Assembly: GCF_009914755.1 (NCBI RefSeq)
Contig: NC_060929.1
Reading direction: 5' to 3' (one strand)
Origin: the human T2T-CHM13v2.0 reference genome, Homo sapiens
DNA: 64,000 bases
Part shown: piece after piece, positions 15,809 through 27,830 of the stretch
Layout of the letters: each line of letters opens with the position of its first letter
How positions within the stretch are numbered: position 1 is the first letter of the stretch
The notes under the pieces: model-generated
The model's input: only the letters and a program-made list of their open reading frames with translations
Told to the model about the DNA's origin: nothing
The model's database searches: none
Program-made: the position numbers and the translations under genes

Positions 15809-16826
15809 GTATAGTTCATAAGGACAAGAGAAGAATAGATTCAGTATGATGGGACCACCTCAGTATTTTCAAACAGGTCATAAGGGAACTTAGCTGGAGT
15901 TTGGATGCAAGTTGGATGCTAACTAAAAGGGTCAAAGAGTCTGTGGCCAGAACTCAGCATTACAGGTAATGTGGCAGCAGCAGAAACCATAGCCAGACCA
16001 GTTTCCTGATCTTTGCATTCCAGTTACAGTCTAAACCATTGAAATCAATAGATAAGAGGCAGCCCCCTGACTTCTGCTCTTTCAGTCCTTTTAAGTGTCT
16101 AAATCCTTTTAGTGAATCCTTCCTGAATGAAATAAATGAAGTGGTTTCTCTGTCCTGCCCTGAACTACATAATATTCTCAGCTCTATAGGAAGAACATAA
16201 AACAAAACTCAAGGAAAGAAGAGTACAGATTTTTCTGCTGGCACCTTTAAGAGAGAGAAAATTTTAACAAAGTAAACTTGGCATTAGTCATCGGGAAAAT
16301 GCAAATCAAAACCACAATGGCGTACCACTTTGCACTGACTAGGATAGTCATAATTTTTTTAAAAAGAGACAATAACAAGTATTAATGATGATGTGTGAAA
16401 ATTAGAACCCTAATATACTAAGAATGGAAATGTGGAAATAATGAAGTCACTTCGGAAAACAGTTTGGCAGTTTCTCAAAATGTTAAACATAGAGTTACCT
16501 TATGACCCAGCAATTCCACACCTAGGTATATACTCAAGAGAAGGGAAAACATACACTTACACAAAATGTATGCACAACGTTCATAGCGGCATTATTAATA
16601 ATCAAAAAGTAGACATAATCTGAATGTCCATCAAGTGATAATTGGATTAATAAAATGTGGCATATCTATACAATGAAATATTATTCAGCAATAAAAATAA
16701 AGTACATCATGGATGAACTTGAAAACATTATGCAAAATGAAAGAAGCCAGTCACAAAAGGCCACACATTGTGTGATTTCATTTATATGAAATGTCCATAA
16801 AAGGCAGCAAGTAGATCAATGGTTGC

Positions 16827-17555
16827 CATATTAGTCCATTCTCATGCTGCCATGAAGAAATACCCAAATGTTATGGTTTGGCAGTGTCCCCAGCCAAATC
16901 TCATCTTGAATTGTAGTTCCCATAATTTCCACATGTAGTGGGAGGGGCCCAGTGGGAGGTAACTGAATCACGGTGGCAGTTTCCCCATGCTATTGTCGTG
17001 ATAGTAAGTTCTCACAAGATCTGGTGTTTTTATAAGGGGCTTCCCCCTTCACTTGGCTCTCATTCTTCTCTCTCCTGCTGCCATGTGAAGGACATGTTTG
17101 CTTCCCTTTCCACCATGATTATAAGTTTCCTGAGGCCTCCCCATTCATAGAACTGTGAAACAAACCTCTTTTCTTTATAAATTACCCCTTCTCAGGCATT
17201 TCTTCATAGCAGCGTGAGAATGGACTAATACATCGAGACTGGGTAATTTATAAAGAAAAGAGGTTTAATTGACTCACAGTTCTGCATGGCTGTGGATGCG
17301 TCAGAAAACTTAACAAGCGTGGGGAAAGGGACCTCTTCACAGGGTGGCGGGAGAGAGAATGAGTGAAAGCAGGGGAAATGCCAGACACGTATAAAACCAT
17401 CAGATCTCGTGAGACTCACTCATTATTATGAGAACAGCATAAGAGAAACCGCCTCCATGATTCAAATTACTTCCACCTGGTCCCACCCCTGACATGTGGG
17501 GATTATTACAATTCAAGGTGAGATTTAGGTGGGGACACAGAGCCAAACCGTATCA
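16827..17555 (-). mobile_element. THE1D-like solo LTR, split by a second LTR
   Basis: TATTAGTCCATTCTCATGCTGC ... GGGGACACAGAGCCAAACCGTATCA; 5-bp TSD GTTGC (16822-16826 / 17556-17560). Confidence 0.9.
16869..17232 (+). mobile_element. THE1C/D-like solo LTR nested in the opposite orientation
   Basis: TGTTATGGTTTGGC...GGACTAATACA, 364 bp. Confidence 0.92.
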
Positions 17556-18099
17556 GTTGCTTAGGGATGGGGTGATAGGGACTTAGGCAATAATGCATAA
17601 GGAATGCTAGAATTCTTTCTGGGGCAATGAAAATGTTCAGTTATTGATTGCAATGATGGATGTACAACATTGTAAATATAATAAAGCCACTGAATTGTAT
17701 ATTTTCAATGAGCGAATTGTATGGTATGTGAATTGTATCTCAATAAAGTTGATTTTTATAAGATGTAAGGCCAAATGGGACAACTTTTAATAAAAGGGTT
17801 CAGTTAGGTTGTGTGTAAGAGAGAAAAGCACTAAAGCACAAAAAGGAGAAGCTAAAGGAGATAATTCACAGTGCTCAAAAAAAATTTTCTAATGTTTTGA
17901 CATAGTTTTTAGAAAGAGTTAAAACTAAGAGATCCTGCATATTAGGGAATACCTACTCACTTGGAGTGATATCTAATGTATTTTCTCTGTCAATTATTCA
18001 AATTATTTAGCATCTCAAGAACTATGATGGAAGTCATTTCTAAGCAAGACTTAGACATTAAATAACGAAGACATTAAACATTTGAATAGAATATCTGAT

Positions 18100-18900
18100 A
18101 CACAGGTAGATTTACTATGAAGCTGATGAAGCTTAAGCCTCAGCACCCCTCATTTGCATGGGACACTTCCAAAGCCCTAGGAAGAGCCTTGGTTGGCGGT
18201 GAATTCACAAGATCACATGTGATATGGTTTGGCTCTGTTTCCCCACCCAAATCTCATCCCAAATTTTAATCCCCATGTATCAAGGGAGAGACCTGTGAGA
18301 GGTGATTGGATTATGGGGGCAGTTTCTCCCATGGTGTTCTCTGGATAGTGAGTGAGTTCTCACAAGATCTGATGGTTTAAAAGTGGCACTTCCCCCTTTG
18401 CTCACTCTCTGTCTCTCTCCTGCCACCATGTAAGACATGCCTTGCTTCCCCTTTTGCCTTCTGCCATGATTGTAAGTTTCCTGAGGCCTCCCAAGCCATG
18501 TGGAACTGTAAGTCAATTAAGCCTCTTTGGTTTATAAATAACCCAGTCTCAGGTAGTTCCTTATAGCAGCATGAAAGTAGACTAATACAACATGTTTTTG
18601 TAAAATTTGAAAAAGTAAGATTTTTTTTTTAACAGCAATTGATTAAGACTGGTGTTCTTTCCAGATCTTAAATTCCCCCTTTATCACTCTTTTTATGTGG
18701 GATGATATTAGAGTTGCCGATGACATTTTGAGGATCTGGACGTGGGAAAGTAGAATGAGGATATATTTTGTTTGGGATGGATGGGATATATTTATATGGG
18801 TCACAGTCACCTTCATACATCCCTTCTACTACCCACATACTTCCAGTGCCAGGTGCCATAGGCCACATCTGTATTGTCATACCACCTCTAGCACTCCCAA
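18100..18900 (+). mobile_element. hAT-Tip100 DNA transposon relic (MER69/Arthur1-like), interrupted by an MST LTR
   Basis: GGTAGATTTACTATGAAGCTGATGAAGCTTAAGC and ATGTTTTTGTAAAATTTGAAAAAGTAAG match the recalled consensus. Confidence 0.65.
18220..18589 (+). mobile_element. MSTA/THE1D-like MaLR solo LTR
   Basis: TGATATGGTTTGG...ACTAATACA with exact 5-bp TSD ACATG. Confidence 0.93.
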
Positions 18901-19673
18901 TTATGTGTTTCCTTTCCCCCCAAAACTTCTCCTTAAACAAAGCATGCTAGAGGAAGGACTGGTGTGTCTTATTCTCTCTGAAGAAGGCTAGATCATAAAA
19001 TTGTCATATAAAATGCAAGCAAAAGTATTCAGCCTCACTCTACACAAGAAAGGTCAAACTGACTTAAAAGATTAAATTCCCAAAAACAAAGCTCTAAAAA
19101 TGTTACCAGAAAACACATGTAAAGACTTTCTAAACTTTCTAAACTTGACTCCAAACCTGGAAATTTTAAACAAAAATAATGAGTAATGTGACTACATAAA
19201 ACTTTTAAAACATCTACATAACCGAATTAAAACAATTAAACAAGATTAAAAGCAAACTATAAACTGGGGGGAATATTTGCAATATATATGGCAAAAAGTT
19301 AGTCTCCTTTAGCTCTAAATGCAAATAATTCAAAAAGTAAAAGACAAATGCTCCAAAAGATATAGGAACAGAGGTAGAACACAGAATTGATAGAAGAGAA
19401 ACTCCAGACACAAAGGGAAAAAATAAATGCAAATTAAAGTAAACATGACATATTACTTTCTAGCCAGTAAGGTTTTTTATGAGCTAATAACATCCAGTGT
19501 TGAATAAAGAGGCAATTTACCTATACATATCCAAAATGATTAAATGTTCACACCTTTGGACCATCAATTTCATTCTAAAAATGATTTATAAGGAAACATC
19601 ATCTATAAATTCAAACAATTGTAAACAATCAAAAACCCACCAATCAGAGGTTAGTTAAATAAACTATTGTGAG

Positions 19674-21916
19674 TGATTTGTTTTGGCTGTGTCCCCACTC
19701 AGATCTCATCTTGAATTCCTACATGTTGTAGGAGGGACCCATTGAGAGGTAATTGAGTCATGGGGATAAGTCTTTCCCATGCTTTTTTCATGATAATGAA
19801 TAAGTCTCATGAGATCTGGTGATTTTAAAAATGGAAGTTCCCCTGCACAATCTCTCTTCTCTTGTCTGCCACCATGTGAGACATGACTTTCACCTTCTGT
19901 CATAATTGTGAGGCCTCCCCAGCCATGTGGAACTGTAAGTCTATTAAACCTCTTTCTTTTGTAAATTGCCCAGTCTCAGATATGTCTTTATCAGCAGCAT
20001 GAAAACAGACTAATACAGTAAATTGGTACCAGTAGAGCACAGCACTGCTAAAAATATACCTGAAAATGTGGAAGTGATTTTGGAGCTGGGTAACAGGCAG
20101 AGGTTGGAACAGTTTAGAGGGCTCAAAAGACAGGAAAATGTGGGAAAGTTTGGAACTTCCTAGAGACTTGTTGAATGGCCTTGTCCAAAATGCTGATAGC
20201 CATATGGACAATAAAGTCCAGGCTGAAGTGATCTCACATGAAGCTGAGGAACTTGTTGGGAACTGGAGCAAAGGTAACTCTTGTTATGTTTTAGCAAAGA
20301 GACTGGTGTCATTTTGCCCCTACCCTAGAAACTGATGGAACTTTGAACTTGAGAGAGATGATTTAGAGTATCTGGTGGAAGAAATTTCTAAGCAGCAAAG
20401 CATTCAAGAGGTGACTTCAGTGCTGGTAAAGGCATTCCATTTTATAAGGGAAGTAGAGCATAAAAGTTCAGAAAATTTGCAGCCAGAAAATACAATAGAA
20501 AATAAAATCCCATTTTCTGAGGAGATATTCCAGTCAGCTGGAGAAATTTGCGTAACAAGGAGCCAAAAGTTAATCCCCAAGACAATGGGGAAAATGTCTC
20601 CAGGGCATGTCGGAGGTCTTCACATCAACCCCTCCCATCATAGGCTAGGAGGAAAGAGTGGTTTCCTGGGCCAGGCCCAGGGTCCCCATGCTGTTTGCAA
20701 CCTAGGGACTTGGTGCCCTGCATCCCAGCTGCTCCAGCCATGGCTGAAAGAAGCAAACATAGAGCATGGGCCATGGCTTCAGAGGGTGCAAGTCTCAAGC
20801 CTTGACAGCTTGCATATGATGCTGAGACTGCGGGTACACAGATGTCAAGAAATGGGGGTTGGGAACCGCTGCCTAGATTTCAGAAGATGTATGGAAATGC
20901 CTGGATATCCAGGCAGAATTTTGCTGGTGGGGCTTTCATGGAGAATCTTTGCTAGGTCAGTGCAGAGGGGAAATGTGGGGTTGGAGCCCCAACACTGAGT
21001 CCCTACTGGGAAACCACCTAGTGGAGCTATGAGAAGAAGGCCACCATCCTCCAGACCCCAGAATGGTAGATCCACTGACAGCTTGCACCGTGCACCTGGA
21101 AAAGCCACAGATACTCAACACCAGCCCATGAAAGCAGCCAGGAGGGAGGCTGTACCCCACAAAGCCACAGGGTTGAAGCTGCCCTAGATCATGGGAACCC
21201 TCCTCTTGCATCATTGTGACATGGATGTGAGACACGCAGTCACAGGAGATCATTTTGGAGCTTTATGATTTGACTGCCCTGCTGGATTTCAGATTTGCAT
21301 GGGGCCTGTAGCCCCTTTGTTTTGGCTAATTTCTCCCATTTAGAATGTATTTACCCAATGCCTGTACCCCCTTGTATCTAGAAAGTAACTAACTTGCTTT
21401 TGATTTTATAGGCTTATAGGTGGAAGGGACTTGCCTTGTCTTGGATGAGACTTTGAACTGTGGACTTTTGAGTTAATGCTGAAATGAGTTAAGACTTTGG
21501 GGGACTGTTGGGAAGGCATGATTGGTTTTGAAATGTGAGGACATGAGATGTGGGAGGGGCCACAGGTGGAATGATATTGTTTGCCTGTGTCCACACCCAA
21601 ATCTCATCTTGAATTCTCACGTGTTGTGGGAGGGACCCAGTGGGAGATAAACTGAATCATGGGGGCAAGTCTTTCCTGTGCTGTTCTCATGATAGTGAAT
21701 AAGTCTCATGAGATCTGATGGTTTTACAAATGAGAGTTTCCCTGCACAAGCTCTCTTTTCTTGTCTGCCTCCATGTGAGATGTGCCTTTTACCTTCTGCC
21801 CTGATTGTGAGGCTTTCCCAGCCATGTGGAACTGTAAGTCCATTAAACCTTTTTCTTTTGTAAATTGTCCAGTCACAGGTATGCATTTATCAGTAGCTTG
21901 AAAACAGACTGATACA
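19674..21916 (+). mobile_element. Complete THE1A/B MaLR provirus: 5' LTR 19674-20017, internal 20018-21571, 3' LTR 21572-21916
   Basis: Two homologous LTRs of about 345 bp with TG...CA ends, typical THE1-int starting GTAAATTGGTACCAG, exact TSD GTGAG (19669-19673 / 21917-21921). Confidence 0.96.
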
Positions 21917-22080
21917 GTGAGTCCTTATAATGGCCTACAATGTATCCATTAGGAGAATATCATAGAACATCTGCTGACATAAAAGATAGATACACTATAA
22001 TGCTAAATGAAAAAGGTAAATTATACAAATATATGCAGCATATAATTCTTATAGACAGCAATCATGATAATAATAGCTGT

Positions 22081-22318
22081 AATAATAGCTAATATTTATC
22101 AAAACTTACTAAGTGCTTGGCATTTTTTCTAGGCTCATTGGGTATATTATCTCTTTTAATTCTCACAACAAAGTTATGAAGGAGTTATTATTATTACCTT
22201 CATTTTGTAGATGGGGAAAATGAGGCAGCAAGAAACAAGATACTTACTCAAGGTGAAGTCAGGATTTGGACCCAGGTCATCTGAACTCCAGCTCCTACTC
22301 TCTTAACTGCAGTGCTGC
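22081..22318 (-). mobile_element. MIR SINE
   Basis: ATTTTGTAGATGGGGAAAATGAGGC...GGATTTGGACCCAGGTCATCTGAACTCC. Confidence 0.85.
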
Positions 22319-22679
22319 TAATTTCTGAATTGTACAATTATTAGAGTAGAGTAGATTAACCATCAGTTATTAGTAAAAAATTCCCCAAAATATTAATAAT
22401 GTTTACTTCTGGGAAATAGAATTATGAATGATATGTATTTTCTTATTTTTCTTATCGGTACTTTCTAAATTTTCTACAAGAAATATGTAAACTTACACAA
22501 AGAGAAAGCAGAAATATTAGTTTTTATGACCCATTCTTTCCATTCCTTTCCTATCTGTAAGATGATAATTGTTCTAAAAATCACCCCTACTCCCACCTAT
22601 ATACCAATAGAAAGACCACCCAAAGAAAACCAACACATTTTAAATATTTGACACCTAATCTTAAAAACAAGAAAGTCCA

Positions 22680-22772
22680 AGTGAGCCAAGATCACACCAT
22701 TGCACTCCAGGCTGGGCAACAGAGGAAGACTCCATCTCAAACAAACAAACAAACAAAACAAACAAACAAAAA
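22680..22772 (+). mobile_element. Severely 5'-truncated Alu with (CAAA)n tail
   Basis: Alu 3' 60 nt; TSD AAGAAAGTCCA (22669-22679 / 22773-22783). Confidence 0.93.
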
Positions 22773-24677
22773 AAGAAAGTCCACCATCCCGGCGTTTGGG
22801 GTTCTCTTTCATGACAGAGAGGTAAAGGTGAGTGAGTAGCGGGTAGTTTTAATCTGTCATGAGTGAGTCAAAACTTTGTCTCCTATCGAAGTTATTTTAT
22901 TTATTCATTCATTCTAAAACTTCAATTGGGAAGTTTAGAAATTATATTAAAATCAAAATGGATCAAAAAGCCAGATGTTGCAGGCAGGATGACTAATCAA
23001 ACAGCCTGGGTAATGTGTTCCACGCCCTGCTCAATGGGAAGTAATTACTCTAACATTGCTTTACAGTGTTTAAACAACCATTTCATTATATTTTTTCTAC
23101 ACTGATTAAATTTTCTCAGCATTTCTAATGCATCATTACATCTGCATTGCATTTAGATAACGCACAGCATTGCTACCCATTAAAAAGTCCCTACTCTCTT
23201 TCATCACCTTAATAAATCTAATTTGGCTTTATTTGCATAAAGTTTGAAAAAAGTGATTAGTTCTCTTATGTATAACACACCTTGGGTAGAAACATCCTTC
23301 CTATCTGTCACTTGGCTAAAAACAGTTGTTCACAGACATGTAAGTGGATGCCCAAGCATAGTCCCTATAAGTGTATGGGGTAAAATAAAATTTGTAGCAC
23401 ATATGCCATTGTAGAATTACTATCTATACTTTCTAAGGTTGCTGAGGGGTGGATATAGTAATCATACAACCATCTACTGCACTTTGTTTCTTGTTCCTAA
23501 ATAAGCCTGAGGAATTATAATAGAGAACAACATCAAGTATAATAAACTCACATTTTAGCCTTCTGCTTCAGTATTCACATTCACCCTCAACACATAGTTA
23601 GAGACTCAGGACATTGTAGCCCTTGACCGAGCAAATGGACTGTTAAGTAATCTCAGGAAGAGATTAGCTAAGATGAAAAGCTCTGCTAAGGTATCAGATA
23701 TGCCAGGCAACCACTTATAGAAACTCAAACTCTGCTAAGTTCTCCGGGGAACATTTTTAAGCATTGCAAATAAATGGATCGTGTTGGTGAACTATTATGC
23801 AGTGACACTGATTCCGCCTTTTGAACTTAGAGTTTTGATAATTGAAACTCAAAACCACTAAACAAGTGTCCTTGGAAATCAGAAGAAGAGAACATTAGTT
23901 CCTAAAGGGGAAGAGAATATCAGTGGAAGTCAATGCACCATACTCTGCATTTGCAAGAAAGATGCTGATACAGTGACAGAGTGATGAAAGGAACCCCTCA
24001 TTTAATTTTTTTGACAGAATAAGGCATTGCAGAAACAGATTGCACCAAGTGTTTGAACTCTCCCTGATAAGTCAGTGACTCACTATCCACTTCTATGCTG
24101 CTATTCATTCCCCCAAACAGAAGCCACCAGTTTTTATTTCCACAGTGGGAAAAATACCATGTTTTTAAAAATTTACTAAATGCATCTTCAAAGTCTTTTA
24201 TTTCAAAGCTCTGACCTTTCCCCTCCTACACATCTTGCTCCCTTCTGTTTCTCCCTTCCTTTCCCTACTTCTTGAGCACCCTCATGGGCCTCTGTTTACA
24301 ACTCACTTCAGAGTCCCATTCTGGCTGCTCCCCTCCATCCCATCCTCACTGAACAATGAATGAATTCTAACACAATGGCAGGTATTGCAATGGTTTTACT
24401 CAATTCTCTGGGACTTAGCCTCTGCCAGGCAAGGGAGTCAAGGACAGATTGCAAATTCTTAAACAACAAAAAGTGTCATAGAAGGAGGAGCTTGGCTTTA
24501 AAACTAACCATCTAACTAACTAATTATGGAATCTTTAAGATATGAGAAGCCTAGGAATCATGAGAATGATATGATAATTTTTCCTTTTTCCAGGTGAGAA
24601 GAGCTAGGAATGCTACCTGTTCACTATAGCTGACTACCCCTCCAGCCCCAAGAGTCTCACCTTTGTAGAACATGTGA

Positions 24678-25146
<469 letters not shown>

Positions 25147-25734
25147 CCAATATGTTATTTTCTTGCTCTCCATTCTAGAATTATCATCTTTTGTTTTAAA
25201 AAAAAAATTCTTTTTGCTTCAATCTTCTAGCGTAGTAGTGCTTTTATGTGTTTTTGCTCGTATTATCCAGTAGTCAAAACCTTCATTTCAACACAACTGA
25301 TCTCATCTACCTGTGAGGAAGAAAGAAATAAGATTGACCCATAAACCCAGAAGTGAGATTGACTAATGGCTAGATGAGTGTTAACTCCCTTTAAGAAAGG
25401 CAGTCCTCCCATAGCACCTAGGCTCTGAAGCCATTCACTATTTAACCTCTTTTGCCTGAATGCAGTCAAATTCTTGTGCGAGATATGTGGGGACATCAAC
25501 CATATCCCCTAATCTTGGCATCTTTGCTCTTTTCATTCTGACTTCTACTCGAGTATATAGAGATGAAAAAAGAAATGGTAACTACTCTCAAGAACATCAC
25601 AGTTAAGAATATAGATTCAATTTTTATTCAACTTATATATGAATATTTTGGCTGAATCATAGATAGCACTCTGCTGGGCTGACATTCAGCATTAGGCAAT
25701 ATAATTTTGTAGAAATTTTCAGAATGTTCCAGTC

Positions 25735-25914
25735 CAATGGTTCTCAAAGTGAGAATCCAGGACCAGCAGCATTAGCATCACATGAGACCTTGTCAGGCAG
25801 GCTCTCTCTATCCCAAGCCCACAGAATAAGAAGTCCTGGGGATGGGACCCAGCAATTTGTAATTTAATAGTTCTCCAGATGATTCTGATACAGGTCAAAA
25901 TTTGAGCACCACTC
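25735..25914 (+). mobile_element. MER5A hAT-Charlie MITE
   Basis: TIRs CAATGGTTCTCAAA / TTTGAGCACCACTC; internal GACCAGCAGCATTAGCATCAC. Confidence 0.88.
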
Positions 25915-26405
25915 TTTAAACTAAACAGTATGTCAACTATCATGGACTATTCAGTAGTTGGTTAATTGATTATTGATTATTAAGGAGCTCTAAAACAGAT
26001 ACCTAGCCACATGCATTTATTAGCACAGGGCCTAGAAGCTCATGGAAGAGAATGAGAACACAGTTCCCAATTGGGTGTCTGGCAAGATAAAGATGTGATC
26101 ACGGCCTCTTCAAAGAATATCACCAAAGAGAAGGCGAGTAGCATGGATTGAACTAAGCAGCTGGCCTGAATACTAGTAGAATTCATAGCTCCTGTTGCAG
26201 TCTATAAATCCATAAGGTCATTTAGTACCCTGTACCCTGTGGTTCTATGCAGACAGAAATACAAGGGGCTGTGTGGTTGGGCAGAGAGAGAACACCAGGG
26301 GTCAGTGGTTCTGGAGGAGGTCAGTAGTGGCATGGGGAGCAACAAGGTCAGCCACCACGAGCTGCAGAATGCCTGACAGCAGACCACAGACAGAAATTTC
26401 TTACA

Positions 26406-26451
26406 TGGGAGAAGCTCTACTCTCCAACGTGGGAGAAGCTCTACTCTCCAA
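26406..26451. repeat. Tandem duplication, 2 x TGGGAGAAGCTCTACTCTCCAA (period 24)
   Basis: Exact 22-nt copies at 26406-26427 and 26430-26451. Confidence 0.95.
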
Positions 26452-26550
26452 TGACCTATAAAATGAGCATCTGGGGAGCAGGATGGGGAAAAAAAGACAG
26501 AACTTCTTGTTACCCAAGTCATAGGAAGCTCAGCACAGTTGATTTCTAGT

Positions 26551-26851
26551 TTTTGTTTGTTTGTTTGTTTGAGACAGAGTCTCACTCTGTTGCCCAGGCT
26601 GGAGTGCAGTGGCAGATCTTGGCTCACTGCAATCTCCACCTCCCAGGTTCAAGCAATTCTCCTGTCTCAGCCTCCCTAGTAGCTGGGACTACAGTTGCAT
26701 ATCATCATGACCGGCTAATTTTTGTATTTTTAGTAAAGACAGGGTTTTACCATGTTGGGCAGGCTGTTCTCAAACTCCTGACCCCAGGTGATCTGTCTGC
26801 CTTGGCCTCCCAAAGTGCTGGGATTAGAGGCATGAGCCACTGCACTCGGCC
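26551..26851 (-). mobile_element. AluS (Sx-like)
   Basis: Full dimer, (TTTG)n tail, TSD TCTAGTTTT. Confidence 0.95.
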
Positions 26852-27329
26852 TCTAGTTTTGCTTTATATGAGGTGCCATTCTTTTGGCCAAGAGGTGAAG
26901 CCAAGGAGCATAAGGGGCATTCATGTATATACATTTAGTATGCATAGGAGCAAAAAGAATCCAGTGTTTTTCTGTTCTCATTTTCTGACAAGGACCTATG
27001 TAATCTGCCCTAGGCGGAACAGTTTTGAAACACATAGAATAGACCACACAGAGGCCCTCACATCACTTTTAATTACAGCCTCTCAGGGTCACCACAGCCA
27101 GATGGGCTGCCTAGGAAACCTGTTTCATGGGGGAGGCTCTCGCCTACCCCAAAACCACCACACCACCTGAGCTACAAGCTGATCATTGTCCAGTGTCCTG
27201 ATACTTTTTAATACAATCAACTTCTAGGTTACCCATCTCACCCCACTTTTAATCCTCACACTGTATTTGTGTATTCTCTAATGTGTTCTCATTTTATATA
27301 TTTTCCCCAAACTCCTAAACCCAACTATA

Positions 27330-27830
27330 CCCTGTGAAATTCATGGCCAGTTTCAACAGACTCCTCTTTATCCTCAGTGTCTTCTTGCTCCAACTGCAAT
27401 GTGGCTACATCTCAAGTACACTACTTCCCTGAGGCCTTCTCAAGTGATCTTCTCCTGCAACTCTTGAACCTCTGAGCTGAAGATTTTTGACCTCTACCTA
27501 CCACTGCTAAGACATCGCCTTCCTTCTCTCCTCTGTTCATCTGAAGCCCGTGACACAGCTTTATCATCAGACATGTGCTGCTGTCATCTACTGACTTGCA
27601 GTCACTTCCCTTCCCCTGCGTGGGGAAAAACACAATATCTGGATTGATGTTTCTCTTTCTAATACACTCTTTCAACATTGTTGTTGATCTCAGTATCCAT
27701 GAATGCCTTGTTTCTTATACCTTGGCCTCTCTGTACCTGGACTTCCTTGCTTCCAAAAATCTCTTACCTTATCCACTCACTCTAGACCTTGCCATCATAC
27801 CACTCCCAAAATCTTGATTTAAAGCACCCT
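27330..27830 (+). mobile_element. Ancient L2 ORF2 relic
   Basis: Pyrimidine-rich L2-like tract (TTTCAACATTGTTGTTGAT..., CACTCTAGACCTTGCCATC). Confidence 0.4.

Larger units (their letters stand above)
16280..17757 (+). mobile_element. L1MB 3' portion, interrupted by two THE1 LTRs
   Basis: ORF2 C-terminus WQFLKMLNIELPYDPAIP; 3' end GGTATGTGAATTGTATCTCAATAAAG. Confidence 0.88.
19030..22500 (+). mobile_element. Highly diverged L1ME-like 3' fragments (host of the THE1 provirus and a MIR)
   Basis: A-rich ORF2-3'-like tracts (AATATTTGCAATATATATGGC; ACCTTTGGACCATCAATTTCATTCTA) and L1ME-like tail at 22380-22500. Confidence 0.55.

Noticed and set aside
20138-21253. 207-aa and neighbouring ORFs as a gene
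   Set aside because: They lie entirely within the THE1 internal region as frameshifted MaLR remnant frames.
26406-26451. CRISPR-like palindromic direct repeats
   Set aside because: Only two copies separated by 2 nt, with no spacers; this is a simple tandem duplication.
26553-27170. 205-aa ORF
   Set aside because: The N-half is an antisense Alu translation (SVAQAGVQW...ASQSAGI) and the remainder has no recognisable domain.
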